From positions 2,624,001 to 2,688,000 of the forward strand of contig CM000207.1 of NCBI GenBank assembly GCA_000002445.1: DNA of 64,000 nucleotides, written 5' to 3'. Positions 13,301 to 25,439 of this stretch are shown one piece after another. A program made the translations under genes and the position numbers. The notes under the pieces were generated by a model. That model did no database searches. It saw only the letters and a program-made list of their open reading frames with translations, and had not been told where the DNA came from. The DNA comes from Trypanosoma brucei (taxonomy: Eukaryota). Within the stretch, counting starts at the first letter, position 1. Each line of letters begins with the position of its first letter.

Positions 13301-14519
13301 CTTTAGAGCTGGGCATTAGGATACGCTATCACATTAAAAACTATAGATTATACTTTCATCTCAGATGTAGCCTCTATCCATATTTGAAGAAAATACTGAA
13401 GATCATTTTGACTCTATATGGTACTGCTAATTGTCGAAACTTACGCTGCTCACATTAGGGGCATTTACCTTCGCGGATAATTCAACTTCGCATGCTGTGC
13501 GTATGATTCATTTCTTTGTGCAGCGATATTGATAGCACTGGGGAGAATTTGATACTGTTGTTTATCAAGATATTACTCATATCCGCAACTTAAATGCTCC
13601 TGTTTCCTCTATTTTTTCTATTTTCTGGTGATGTTTAATGACACTTTTTGCTTTCTTTTGAATGTAACTCTGTGTAAAACTGTAATAGAAAGAAAATACC
13701 TATAAGAAGCGACTACCGTTTTCTAAGAAAGAATTTATATTGGGATATTGTAACTCACATTACTTTTATTCTACTAACTATGCCATTTAAGGCCAATTAA
13801 AAACCTTTAGTAAATTATTATAGAAGACGACAAAAACCTGCTTACAATCTTATACCTTTGCCCATTAACCTCATTTCAACGACCAGAAAGTTTACCTTTT
13901 CTACAAAATATTGTGATGCTATAATGTTTTTATTTCTGCCTTTCCTTCGCTGTTACCTTGCTTTATTTTTCTTTCTGTTTATGTTTAAAAAGTTGGTGTT
14001 CAGTTTACTAGCTTGCACAATTTACCGTCTAATTGTTAACTACTTAATCTTTCATTTCTTTCCTGATTTTGTAATTCAGAAAAAGACAAAATTTAATACG
14101 AATAGTAAAAGCGTTAGTAGATTAATACACGTCATTACGATCAGTTCGTTAATGATAGAGCATCGAGCAAAAAATGAATTATTGGAACAGTTCCTGGGAT
14201 AATATTAGTAGTAGAACTCTAAGATAATTTACACTTTTACCCGTTGCTTATGTAAGCTGTGGAGACCCAATTTAGACTACACTAGTTCCTGTATTTTATT
14301 TATTATTAAACTCGTTATCTCCTTGTGTATGATTATTTCTATATCCATGTTTCTGTTTGACATGCGCATATTCCATCTCTTTCTTCTTATCTTTCACTCT
14401 GTCTCACTTTCTTACTCACTTAACTACTTCTGTTGCACAATCGAATTGGTTTAAGTGCTTTTTTTGTCTTCCCATTTAGTCTTCACCACTTTTTTACACG
14501 ATTAGTATACAAACGCCCG

Positions 14520-14580
14520 CAAAACTCTCATGCAATTATTATCATTACTATTACCATTATAACCGTAACTAATATACATA
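14520..14580 (-). repeat. Degenerate 70-bp repeat, reverse-complement orientation.
   Basis: caaaactctcatgcaattattatcattactattaccattataacc is a partial match to the reverse-complement consensus. It lies just 3' of the next VSG cassette. Confidence 0.5.
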
Positions 14581-14809
14581 AAATAAGCAAAATGAACCGA
14601 ATTAGAGTAGCATTCATTTTTATACCCTATAAATTTACTACTCTGTACCTATGTAGGTCATTATACACACTTTTCAATAATATCATTATTTTCATTAAGT
14701 TGCAATTTTAATCAAAAAGTGTTAAAACATATCAAATTTTAGTAAATTTAAAAATTCATCCAAATAGAAAACTTTTATAATTTTCAAATTATTATAAATT
14801 TCATGATAT

Positions 14810-16342
14810 TGAACGAGTATTTTTTAAATTCTACCAAAATCACAAGGGTGGCAGTGGCAGTCAGAGCTAATTTCTTATTTGAAAGAAAACTAAAATCTTT
14901 GCACTCTTTTCCATTTCATTTGCAACCATCTTTGCAGTCGGACCCAGTTTTTTTCGGAGCACTTTTCACCCTCTTTTGGTGCTTGTCCTGCTCCTACTGC
15001 TGTGTTTGTCTGTCCTTCATCATATTTAGGTTTGCAGTGGTTTCCTGTTGTTTTTGTAGTGCTATCCTATTTGCGGTTATTTGCTGTGCAGGTTGTGTTT
15101 GTTTTGTGGATATTGCAGTGCTGTTGTTGTGCAACTGCTGGGTTGATTTCGGATGCAGGCGGTTTTTCCAGTAGCAAGCGCTTGATTATCATCTCGGCTC
15201 TTTTTGTGTAGCTGCGCAGGACTGCGTTGGTCTTTTTCTGTATAATCGCTGCTTCGTCAGCTTTCTTTAGTTTTGCCCCTGGCGACACCTGCCACCTCCC
15301 ATGCTATTGCTTCTGGCGTCTGACCGCTTTTGAATAGCGAGAATTTGGTGAAGTCCGCGCATGCGGTGTTGGCGAATTTCTTGCATTGATGCGTTGTTCC
15401 GATTATGCCGAGTACCATGGCCATGTTTCCGCCGTTCCCTTTAGTTTTGAACATGCTTTTTAGAGCTGCTATTTTGCTTTCTATTAGCTCTGCTGATAGT
15501 TTTTCAGCAGGGTATTTTTTGCAAACTTCGTGGATAGTGTCGTAGCCTGTTTTGTGTGATGCCACGTTGTTTTCTGTTAGCTGCGGTGTTGCGCCAGTTC
15601 CACAGACATCAGTGGCTTGCGTGTCACTGAATTTGGAGCACACGCATGTCACAGTTGCGCAGAGCGCCTCGCCGACTGCTGGGAGTTCGCAAAGCACTTC
15701 GGTGTTGCCGGTTTTGGTTATTTTACACCTTTGACTAGCGCTGTCCTCGAGGGTTGGTGAGTTGTACGCCGCTTGGTTGAGGTCGCTTCTGATTTTCGCT
15801 TCCAAATTTTCTAAATCAGGTTTGTATTTGCTGTTGAATTCTTCTTGTAGTGCTGTCGCCTCTGCTATTATCGCTGCTTGTGCTAGCCTCGCCGCCGACG
15901 CTGACGGCGTGGTTAGCAAGCCGCTTGGTATTTTACTTTCTGGACTAGTGGTCTCCTTTGCGGTGGCCTGCATGTTTACATGAACCCGCTTTTTGAAGTT
16001 AATTTCGCCATATGGTTGATTGGTGTGCCCTTGACAGGCCGTCTTCTCTCCCAGCTGCGTTGTTTCTTTGGTCGGGTATTTAGCTCACCATGAAGTTTCA
16101 GCTAATGGCATGTTTAGCACTTCTAGTGCCGCGAGTTCCTCCTCGGCGGGTTTCAGTTTAGGAAGTTCCGACATGTCGGCATCTGTGAGTTTGATTAGTT
16201 GACAGAGAGCTGAAAGCTCCGCTAGGCTCTGCGCCTGGTCGTCGGTTGTGCTGCTGCTTTGAGCCAGTACGCATATTGCCACGAAGGTAAATACCTTGCG
16301 TCGCATTAGTATATTTTCTGATCTTCGACTATACCTTAACAT
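14810..16342 (-). pseudogene. VSG pseudogene (frameshifted).
   Basis: ORF 16085-16342 carries the signal peptide MRRKVFTFVAICVLAQSSS. ORF 15257-15973 is an N-terminal domain. The minus-strand translation of 14830-14960 gives CKDGCK*NGKECKDFSFLSNKKLALTATATLVIL, a CTD and GPI signal containing a stop. Confidence 0.8.
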
Positions 16343-18454
16343 TTTGTTAGTTTATACTGCTACTGTCTTGACAGTTATTGCACACGATTTTGAAGTTATT
16401 GATAAGGTTTAAAGAAAATTGCCAACGCTGGTGTGCAGTAGCAGTTTTTAAAGGTGTTTTCGTTTCTGTTTCTAATTATAGTTGTAGCCATTTTGTTCTT
16501 CGTCTGAATAACCTGCTGTAGTTATTTACTACCTTGGTTATAACTGCATTTGCTTGCGGTTTGCTGGCGCTGTTACAGCTAGCTTACCTTTTTACTGCAT
16601 TTCTCCCTCCGAGAAATAATAATCGTCACCGCACAGCGATTGTTGCGCTGCCGATAGCTGGTTAATTTTTTCTTTGCTTGTCACGACCGGTGCTACTAAC
16701 GAGGTAATAACCACGTCTGCAACCGCTGCTGACTCCTTTCTGGTCGAGTCTGAAAGATGTGGTCTTGTTGCACCTCCGGGCGTGTACCAGTCACTTCCGC
16801 CAGAAAAGGTATTTGTTGCGGCAGCTTGTCTGGGTTGTGGAACATGTTGTTAGTAAGTGAGTTTTTATTTCCACTTTCAGCTTTATTATCCTTGATTTTA
16901 CGTGTAATACCTTGGCTTTGATGGCGTCGATTACTTTGTTTAAGAACAGCCTCTATTGTAAAGTTGTTTTTATTATCGCTTCTTTGTCATCTGTGTTGCT
17001 GTTTGTTTAGCTGTTTTTTCTGTACACTGCCGGCATAACGTAAATTGTTATTGACAACCATCGGGTCTTTCCGTTAATCTTGTGTCGAAATTCCTTAATT
17101 TTGGTATAGAGGGAATGTCGCTGCAATTAACCTTGTATGATTTGGTCCTCTGTCCCCGTTGTTTTACGGTATATTCTTGACGGGATTGGGATTTTATTGG
17201 GTTGGTGGTTGCTGTCCAGTGTTTACAAGATCAAAATAAAACGTCATAAAGACTGCTCGTAGCTAAAGGAATACCTTTTAAATTTATGTGGCTGTGAATG
17301 CTTAGTTTTTTATTCTTTGTTCGGAGAAACGTTTAGGTACCCATTGTTAAGTCTGCCGCTCGTCGCTCTCTTCGGTCATGGCTACGTGCAGTACGTAGTT
17401 AGCTGCATTTCTTACCGCTTCTCTGTGCTATTTTAAACATTTACACCACTTCTGGAAACAAAATCCATAATAGATATTTTTGGATCCCTCTTCTTTATCC
17501 TTATTTTCTTTAACTAGGCTTTGATTATTTTATAATATGCACTATTATTGACTATGTAAGTCACTGCTACATTAGATCGACAGATTGTTAGTCCGTCCTT
17601 TTGGGCTGTACGGTCTGGGAAGTTTGTAAAGAGGAGTTTGCTTAGCCGAAAATTATGGGATTCTACCTATTATTTTTTGTCATCGTGTATCTGTTGTGTT
17701 TAGTGTAGAGGCTATAATGAGAACATATTTCATTATAAGATAAAAATACCACAAAATTTCTATGCCTGATTGTTAGAAGCTTCTGCTTAGCTATCAGTTC
17801 TGTCTGACGGAAATTCTTCATTACGCGCAAACAGCATAACCATGTAGCATCGTTGTTTCTCACGGACTTCCTCACTCTTCTGTTTTTTTTCTGCATCACT
17901 GTCGTTTCTGGACCGAATGCACTTTATTTCTTGAAGCATCGGACCCGCATGTATTTTTCTAGGTGCTTTTTGTCTCTACGCTTATTTAGCTGCTCCTCAG
18001 AAACCACTTATTGTATGGACTGCGCGCTTTTTAAAATACCTTAGCATCTGGAAAGTATACCAATAAAGAATTGGAGGGGTATCACCGTTTTTCGTGTCCA
18101 GTTTATTAAGCTTCTCTGTCGTTTAATATACGTCCTTCCTTATTTTTTAGCGCTTGCTTTATCTGTGCCTCAGTAACCATATTCTAATGTTTTTTCTACG
18201 AATGACAAATTAAGTCCAGTTCTATCGGCCGATGGCCTCTGTGTCCTCATAATTTTAATCTTTTACTTTTCCGAGAGATTATGATGTTATCGCTCAGCTC
18301 TGCGTTTCATTCTGCACATAAGCTGTGTCCAATGGTTCATGATGTGTTGTAACTTATCTTTTTCCTCTCTTACATTATTTTTTAATTACTTATTTACTCC
18401 CACTGTGACAGCGCCATTGTTTTAAGTGTTTCACATCACCTGCAAATGCCGTTC

Positions 18455-18610
18455 ACCACCACTCTTATTATAATATTAGTATATACACACTCACAAAACA
18501 CTCTCCTATCATTATCCTTATCATTATTATTATTATTATTATTATTGTTATTATTATTGCTGTTTTTATTATCATCCTCACTATTGCTGTTACAATAACT
18601 GTTATAACCA
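18455..18610 (-). repeat. VSG 70-bp repeat with an expanded (ATT)n tract, reverse-complement orientation.
   Basis: cttattataatattagtatatacacactcacaaaacactctcctatcattatccttatcattattattattattattattattgttattattattgctg…. Confidence 0.85.
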
Positions 18611-18894
18611 CAGATTATGTTCATAAATTAACAAAATACACAAAATAAAGAAAAAAGTAAAATTATCGTACCCTATTATCAAACTATACAGGTACGGACT
18701 TTCACCATACATTTGTTACTACAATTTCATATTTTTAAAATTTTCAAATTTTCAAAAATTTAAAAAGATTGGACAAACAGTGTTAAAATATATCATATTT
18801 TACAAAATTTATTAAATTCTTTAAAAATAAAAAATTATATATATATTTTACTATTTCCATCAATTTCAGCGATAATACTTGGAATTTTAGAATT

Positions 18895-20442
18895 TTAACA
18901 TGCTATCAAACTATTAAAAGCAGAACTCAGAGAAAATTTCTGATTGAGGAGAAAACGTCCGTTACTGCACTTTTCTGTATTCTTGTCGTGGTCGCTATCA
19001 CCTCCCTTTCTCCACCCACAATGCTTTTTGCCATCCTTGTTTGCATCCTCACAAGCTTGCTGAGTGGTAAATTTACTGAAATCAGGTTTCCCATTATTTT
19101 CTCTTGCCTTTTCTGTTTCTTTGTTAGTTTTAACGACTGGACTTTTTGGATCTTCTTCGCATGCTTTGCTTTGTTTCATTATATTTGCAGCCCTCTTCGG
19201 GTTTGCATTTTTCTGGGTTTGCTATCTTTTTGCAGTCTGTCTCTTTTGTTTCTTGTTTTTTGCTGTTAATGGATGCGTCTTGTTTAAGCTTTGCAATACC
19301 CTCAGCGGCTTTCCACTCGTAATAGGTAAGAATGTCATTTAATGTCTGCAGGTTGTCGATGCTGCCTGATGGTGTATCTTTTGTCAAGCCGGCCACACCT
19401 TGAGGAATTATTTCACTGTTTAGTTCTGCTTCAGTATCGTCGACTTTCTCTTTTTCTTCTGCTCCAAAAACTGCTGCTAAGGTTTTGGTCGCGATGCTTG
19501 GCTCTGGAGTATTCCCAAGTTTCTTAATTGTCGCTTGCGCCGCGTTGAAAAGTGCGTTCCTCTCAGATGGTTTGCCAGTTTGATTTGTGATCCTGCTATC
19601 CGAGGCCTTCAGTATTTTGGCTGTTGCGTCGTGTGCCATTGCCCATGGTTTTGTAGCTTCGTTTACTAGATTAATCAGCTGCGCAGCCTCCGCTGTTGTT
19701 GGTGGTGTGCCGGTTCTTTTTATTTGCAGGTAGCCGGCGAGAATGGCAAAAGCCGCTGGTTGGCTACCGCTGTCGCTGAAGCCGTTGGTGTCGTGTGCTA
19801 TGAGCAGCTTGCATTTCTGTGTGCCTGCTGTTCCCGTTACTTCGTTACCTGCACTCTGCGTGTGCACTAGATCCTTGTAGCCTGTCGGTGTGATGTGTTT
19901 TCGTTGCTTTTTCTTGGCTTTCGGGTTCGGTGGCTGCAAGCTGCACTCTGTGGTTCCGATCTTCGTGTTCTCCCTGCCTGGCGCCTGGGATGCCGCTGCT
20001 TCCTGGAGCAAGCACCCATTGTTCGCGGAATCCGTTTTTTCTAGCATATGCAAAAGTCATCCATCCTTCCTTTGAAATACGCTGTTGTTGATGCTGCTTT
20101 GATGTACGAAAGCAGGTCTTCTGTTTTTAGTGTCCGTAGTGCCGAGTCAGCCCTTTCTGCGAAATAGTTTTGAAGAAGTATCGACTTTTTGATTTGCTTC
20201 CTGAGAATGTTCTTGGATACGAATATCTGGGTGCGTTTGGCTGCCGGCATGTGATTGAATATGGCGCTTATCGTCTGCGTTCCTTCGTCGAGAGCTTCAC
20301 TGCTCACCGCTGCCGCGTCCTCGCTAACGCCGCACAACGCTTGCCACACCGCCGCATTGAGTCCGCTTCCGGCTGCCGCGTTTGCTTGGTTCCACAGCTC
20401 AGCGCTTAGCGACAGTGCCAGGACTAAAAGTGTTTGCCTCAT
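18895..20442 (-). pseudogene. VSG pseudogene, full length but split into three ORFs by frameshifts.
   Basis: ORF 20041-20442 has the signal peptide MRQTLLVLALSLSAELWNQANAAAGSG. ORF 19130-20053 is an N-terminal domain. ORF 18895-19179 (…ACEDANKDGKKHCGWRKGGDSDHDKNTEKCSNGRFLLNQKFSLSSAFNSLIAC) is a CTD with GPI signal. Confidence 0.85.
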
Positions 20443-21479
20443 CCTCTACTTCTGCACTGCCTTTTTAATAATATTATCTGCTTTTTGCTGTTTTTGCTCT
20501 GCTTTCATTTAATAAATATATATATATTTTTGTAGGTATAGACAGATATTCATGCGTGTGTCTATGACGTTACTCTCGTGTCGACACACAAACTGTGCTG
20601 TCATTCAGGTGGTTGTTTCGATTACCTGGCGCGCTTTAAATTTGGGTTCGTGGTGTCTGTGCGGCGTGCATAGTACAGCACATAAACTATGAATTTATTC
20701 ACGTTTACTTTTAGAAAATATTGCATACGGAACCGTCGTCCATTTCCAACAATTTTTGGGATTAGGTTGTTGAGACCTTGATTCAGTCATTCATACCTCG
20801 GAAATTTCTTATTTCATTGAAAATTAAGATTTATGAGTTATTTCTTTTAATATTTTTTCTCTTGCTTCAGAATACCTTTAAGTACCTCTGCTGAAATTTT
20901 GAAATCACTCTCATCCAGCCACATTTCTTCTTTTTTGTTAGCCAGGTGTTTCTAACGACATCAAATAACCGCTAAATACTCTTTTTATCGTCCAAAGACA
21001 TTGTATTTGCAAATAGGAATAAAGATCTGTCATCGGACAAAAAGCGACAGCCTCCGGAATATACAATGTGACAGCTGTCATTTTTAAATGAAATATCGAG
21101 TAAAATTTACTCCTCTATCATTTTATTCTCCTCTTAGGTTTGTTCCGTTTCCAGTCGGTTCACTCTGTGTCTTCCTCCATTGTCTTATACTGCCTTTACT
21201 GCAGCAACTACATTAGTAGTCCCATCTTTCTTTTATAATAGATTCTCTCTCTAGCATATTGTTCCCTATGTTCCCTCCGCATGCATAATGGCACCCCTCC
21301 ATGTTTGTGGATGAGCCAGCGCACCTGCCATTTCCATCCCTTAACCTCTGTCCCCTTGAATTTCATCCCATACTATAACTCTTGTTTGATGTAACATTCA
21401 CTTTCTTCCACACTTCACATTTAGCTTCACTGCGAGATTTCCAGTCTTCAAGTGCTTTTGTTTTGCTGAGTCATTGGGA

Positions 21480-21710
21480 CGTCACCACCACTCTTCTCAC
21501 AATATTCGTATATTCACACTCACAACACTCCACTATCATTATCATTATTATTATTATTATTACTGCTCTTATTATAATATTCGTATATTCACACTCACAA
21601 CACTCCACTATCATTATCATTATTATTATTATTATTACTGCTCTTATTATAATATCCGTATACACACACTCACAAGACTTTCCTATCATTATTATTATTA
21701 TTAACCTAAC
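21480..21710 (-). repeat. Three tandem 70-bp repeat units, reverse-complement orientation.
   Basis: cttattataatattcgtatattcacactcacaacactccactatcattatcattattattattattattactg occurs three times in tandem with small variations. Confidence 0.9.
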
Positions 21711-22002
21711 TAATTCTTATGTAATAAACTAAATTAGAAGATATTAATAATAGAATTGATTTGCAGTTCCATATCACCTTTTTATGTCATGTGCATTTTC
21801 CACCGTCACATACAATTTGCTAAAAAAATTATATTTTTATATTTTTCAAAATTTCACATTTCATCAAAAAGTATCAAAATATATCAAATTCTATAAATCG
21901 TAAAAAATTCTTAAAAAAAAATGTTTAAATTCTAAAATTATACTTTAAACAGAAAAGAAGCAGCAATCAGAGAAAATTTTTTCTTTACAAGGAAACTAAA
22001 AT

Positions 22003-23436
22003 TTAGGCACATTTACTTACGTTGATTATGTTCACCACCTCTTCTTTTCCTAAATGAACAATCTTTTTGTCATCTGTTTTGTCAGCGAGACAAGCCTCCA
22101 TGATTTTGTGCCTTGCACACCCGATTGTAGTTGTTGCACCTCCTTCTTTTGCTGCTTGTTTGCCTTCCTCACTCAATGTGCACTTTTTCTTCTCATCTTT
22201 TGCTTCGGCGTTCCACTTGCATGTTTTTTGGCACTCTTTATCTGACTCTTTCTTGTTGCACTCTGTTTCTTTGTAGTCGATGCTTTGTTGTGTTGTTACT
22301 GGTTTGTCGGAGCTGCCTGGAGTGCTTTGTGACAGTGGTTGTTTTGGTAATTCCCGTTTGAACTCGGCTGCGAGCGCATCGTTTGCGATTTTTAGTTGCT
22401 CTGCTGCTGGTGTCGCCGTTTCTTTGTGGGCGTCGATTGTTTTCATTACGCTTAGGGCGTCAAGCAATTTGTCTCCCCACGGTATTGTTCTCACACCTTT
22501 GTGAGCTGTTGTGAATGGTGTCGAGTAATCTACACAAGCTGAGTTAGTTTTGTCGCAGCCGCTGTCACCATCGAGCTTTCCTAGAATGATTTTCATGTCG
22601 CTACTGCCGGTTTTCGCCGCCCCTAGCCTGGCTTGGAATGCCGCGAGGGCCGCTGCAAGTAGCGTGTCAGCTTCGTTTGGCTCAGGGTCAGAGCCGCATT
22701 CCTTAATAAATTTTGTGTTCGCCTCCGCCTTGAAATTGTTGTCGTTCATTGCTAGTGAACCTGAATCAGCTCCTGTGCATTCGTGTGCGCTTTGGCTGTT
22801 GCAGAGGCATGTGATGTCAAGTTGTAGGCTCGTCCCCGCATTTGCTGCGGTACAGACTGCCGTCTTTGATGTAGTGTCGCCCGTGATTTGGTCGCATTCA
22901 CCTGTTTGTTTGTTTGGTTGAAGCGGCGCTGTGCAAAGAGCGGCGTCGAACAGGTCTCTTAGCCGGTTAACGGCTGCTTTTCCATTTGATTGCGGCATTG
23001 CTGTCGTTGTGGCGCCGAGCTATGTCGCTTGAGCGGCCGTTTCGTTGACGTACCCTCTGACATAGTGTTTGAACGCGTTGTCGGTGGGCAGCTGTCGCGT
23101 TTTTGCCCAGTCCGTGTTAGAATTTTTTGTTGCCTCTTTTTGTTGCTCCCACAGTGGCCACTCTTTCTGCCAGTCTATTGTTCCGAGCGATGTGCCCTTT
23201 GCCTTCTTGAGAGCATCCCAGCCCGCGTCTTTTTCTGTTTTGCCAAACAAATTCCGCCACTCGTCTGCAGCTACTGACATATTATAATTCAGAATATCTG
23301 TTAGGTCAGTACGTAACTGAGGTGCCTCGTACGTTACTTTCCTGAGCGCCCTTACTGCTGTATATACACGGCAAAGTGCCAGAAAATCTGCTTGGTTGTC
23401 GCCGGCCGCTGCTGAAGCATGCCTGATAACTTCCAA
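22003..23436 (-). pseudogene. VSG pseudogene.
   Basis: ORF 22003-22998 (331 aa) includes the CTD …ECNKKESDKECQKTCKWNAEAKDEKKKCTLSEEGKQAAKEGGATTTIGC…. ORF 23020-23436 is an upstream N-terminal piece in another frame. There is no clean signal peptide and no intact GPI tail. Confidence 0.75.
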
Positions 23437-23699
23437 ACGACTGCTGCTATTTGTATGAGAAGAACCTTCATCGTCTTTATGACTACATTCGAAAATGGAA
23501 GATTATTTCTTGCCTTGTAAGTCAGTTTATTGAAATGACTGATGCTTTTCTTGCCATCTTTCACATGGTTATGTTGCTTCTGTCAGCAATTGTCATCCAT
23601 AATTCGGTCACAGTGGTGATGGTGGTGTGCGTTTGTTGCTTGTCTACAACTTCTTAGCTCTAAAAAGATCCCCTTCTTTAAATGTACCATCACAATCAG

Positions 23700-24560
23700 C
23701 CCATAATATATATCACACTTCTCTCCGTCTATTGCATAACTTAAAATTTCCCCCCAGATCCTTCAAATTAAAATCCCTTCTTTCTCCCTTCTTGAAGCAA
23801 GTAAGGTTGGATACGATCTTTTTAGAATTTGCCTCCCAGGTTAACTCATGTCCTAGAAAGTGAAGAAACGCAGGTTTTCTGAGCGAAGTTTCGTAAGGAA
23901 CTGAGAAAAACTGCTCTTTATAATCCAGACCTATCAGCCCTCCTTGCAAAACGAATCTACTGCTGACATTCTCTTCACGTTCCACACTTCACAACAACAA
24001 GGGAATATAAATGCTTTTTTGGACCACCATTCGTCAGCCACTGCAAGAACTTTATCGAAGGCGGCTTTAAACCTCTTAAATTCCCAAACTCGTGCTATTA
24101 AATTACCGCTCCAGAGGTATGGCTTCCCTGTGTCGTGAAATTTTAGTAGAGGCGGTAGGACTTTCTCTTCTTCTGTCTTGCTTGTCATCTCAAAAAACCA
24201 CCGACAACGTTCTTTATGTTCTTTGTAATCAGAATAAACTATCAAGTCCAACTGAGGTTCATAATACTCAGCTGTCGTCATGAATAGAATCGGAGAAATT
24301 TGTTTGTCTTTAACGACACCCTCCTCACTAAATTTATCTTCATTATCATCAGTATTTTGTATAAAATATTTACTGCACTCTCATACTTCTCTTTCCATCA
24401 GAAACAATAACATAAGATCCGTCAACAGTCATTACAATATTATCATCACTTACATTCTGTCTTTCCAAAAACTCCATAACCCATATAAGCCTTTTTACAT
24501 GACTATACAAACCTCCCATAGCAATTGTAATAATTTCAACATGAGCTCACTTAATCGTTA
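23700..24560 (-). other. Conserved co-transposed-region element with a degenerate Trp-rich ORF, copy 1.
   Basis: Minus-strand ORFs 23934-24281 (…LPPLLKFHDTGKPYLWSGNLIARVWEFKRFKAAFDKVLAVADEWW…) and 23713-23985. The nucleotide sequence matches 56900-57750 on the plus strand, for example gctatgggaggtttgtatagtcatgtaaaaag and the translated piece GDLIARVWAFRKVEY. Confidence 0.6.
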
Positions 24561-25139
24561 AGAGATATTGAGCTTAAGAACACTAAATATAATTACAGCA
24601 GTAGTAGTAACATTTTCAAGACATCTAATTTTAAGACTTAAATCACCTATAAACTTTGATATTGTTATATAGGAAACAGAGAAAATTGGAGAAGACTATA
24701 CAAAAAATTCGAAAAAAAGGAAAGATATCAGTTCCGCAACTGTAGTTTCTTTTCAAAGAAACTGTGTTCACATATACAAATAATGCCTTAGCATTGTTAT
24801 GATGCAGCTGGATGTGGTTACTTTTTAAGTGTATACAGATCATCTTTCGCACGAATCCATCTTTTTTCTTTTAGAAGTTAGCATCACTCATACATACTGT
24901 TTCGCGCTATGTTTATTCCGCTTTTCCTTGCATTCCACATAATCCACTCAGTTTGCTATAGAGATTGCAGTAACTACTTGCACACGAAGGTTAAGATATA
25001 CTAAGAATTTTATTAACTTTCTCCGATAACTAACCTGACCGTCCAGTTTCGTTAGAAGATACCTATAACAGTAGCTTTAAAAATAATTTATTACCATTGA
25101 ACCCTTCCACCGTTTTAAGTGCTTCTATTTCTTTCCACT

Positions 25140-25215
25140 ACAATTACTATCATTACTGCTCTCATTATAATATTAAAATAGTCACACTCAAAACATACTA
25201 TTGCTATCACTATAT
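25140..25215 (-). repeat. Degenerate 70-bp repeat, reverse-complement orientation.
   Basis: cattactgctctcattataatattaaaatagtcacactcaaaacatactattgctatcac. Confidence 0.6.
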
Positions 25216-25439
25216 GAATACCCTAATTAATATTCATGATGCAAAAATAACCAAATTAAAATGGCACACATTTTTCATATTCTGTAACATTATTTATTTA
25301 TACCAATAGGTCACTGTCATACCAAAATTTCATATTTTATAGTTTTTCAAAATTTTACTAATTACCATATATTTATGGAAAAGATTTTTAATATATCAAA
25401 TTTTAGAAAATTCTTTCGGGAAGTATAGTTTCATAGGTT

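Noticed and set aside
21480-21710. Tandem 70-76-bp direct repeats as a possible CRISPR array.
   Set aside because: The units are contiguous with no unique spacers and occur once per VSG cassette. They match the T. brucei 70-bp repeat consensus, and the context is eukaryotic, with an ingi and VSGs. This is not a CRISPR array.
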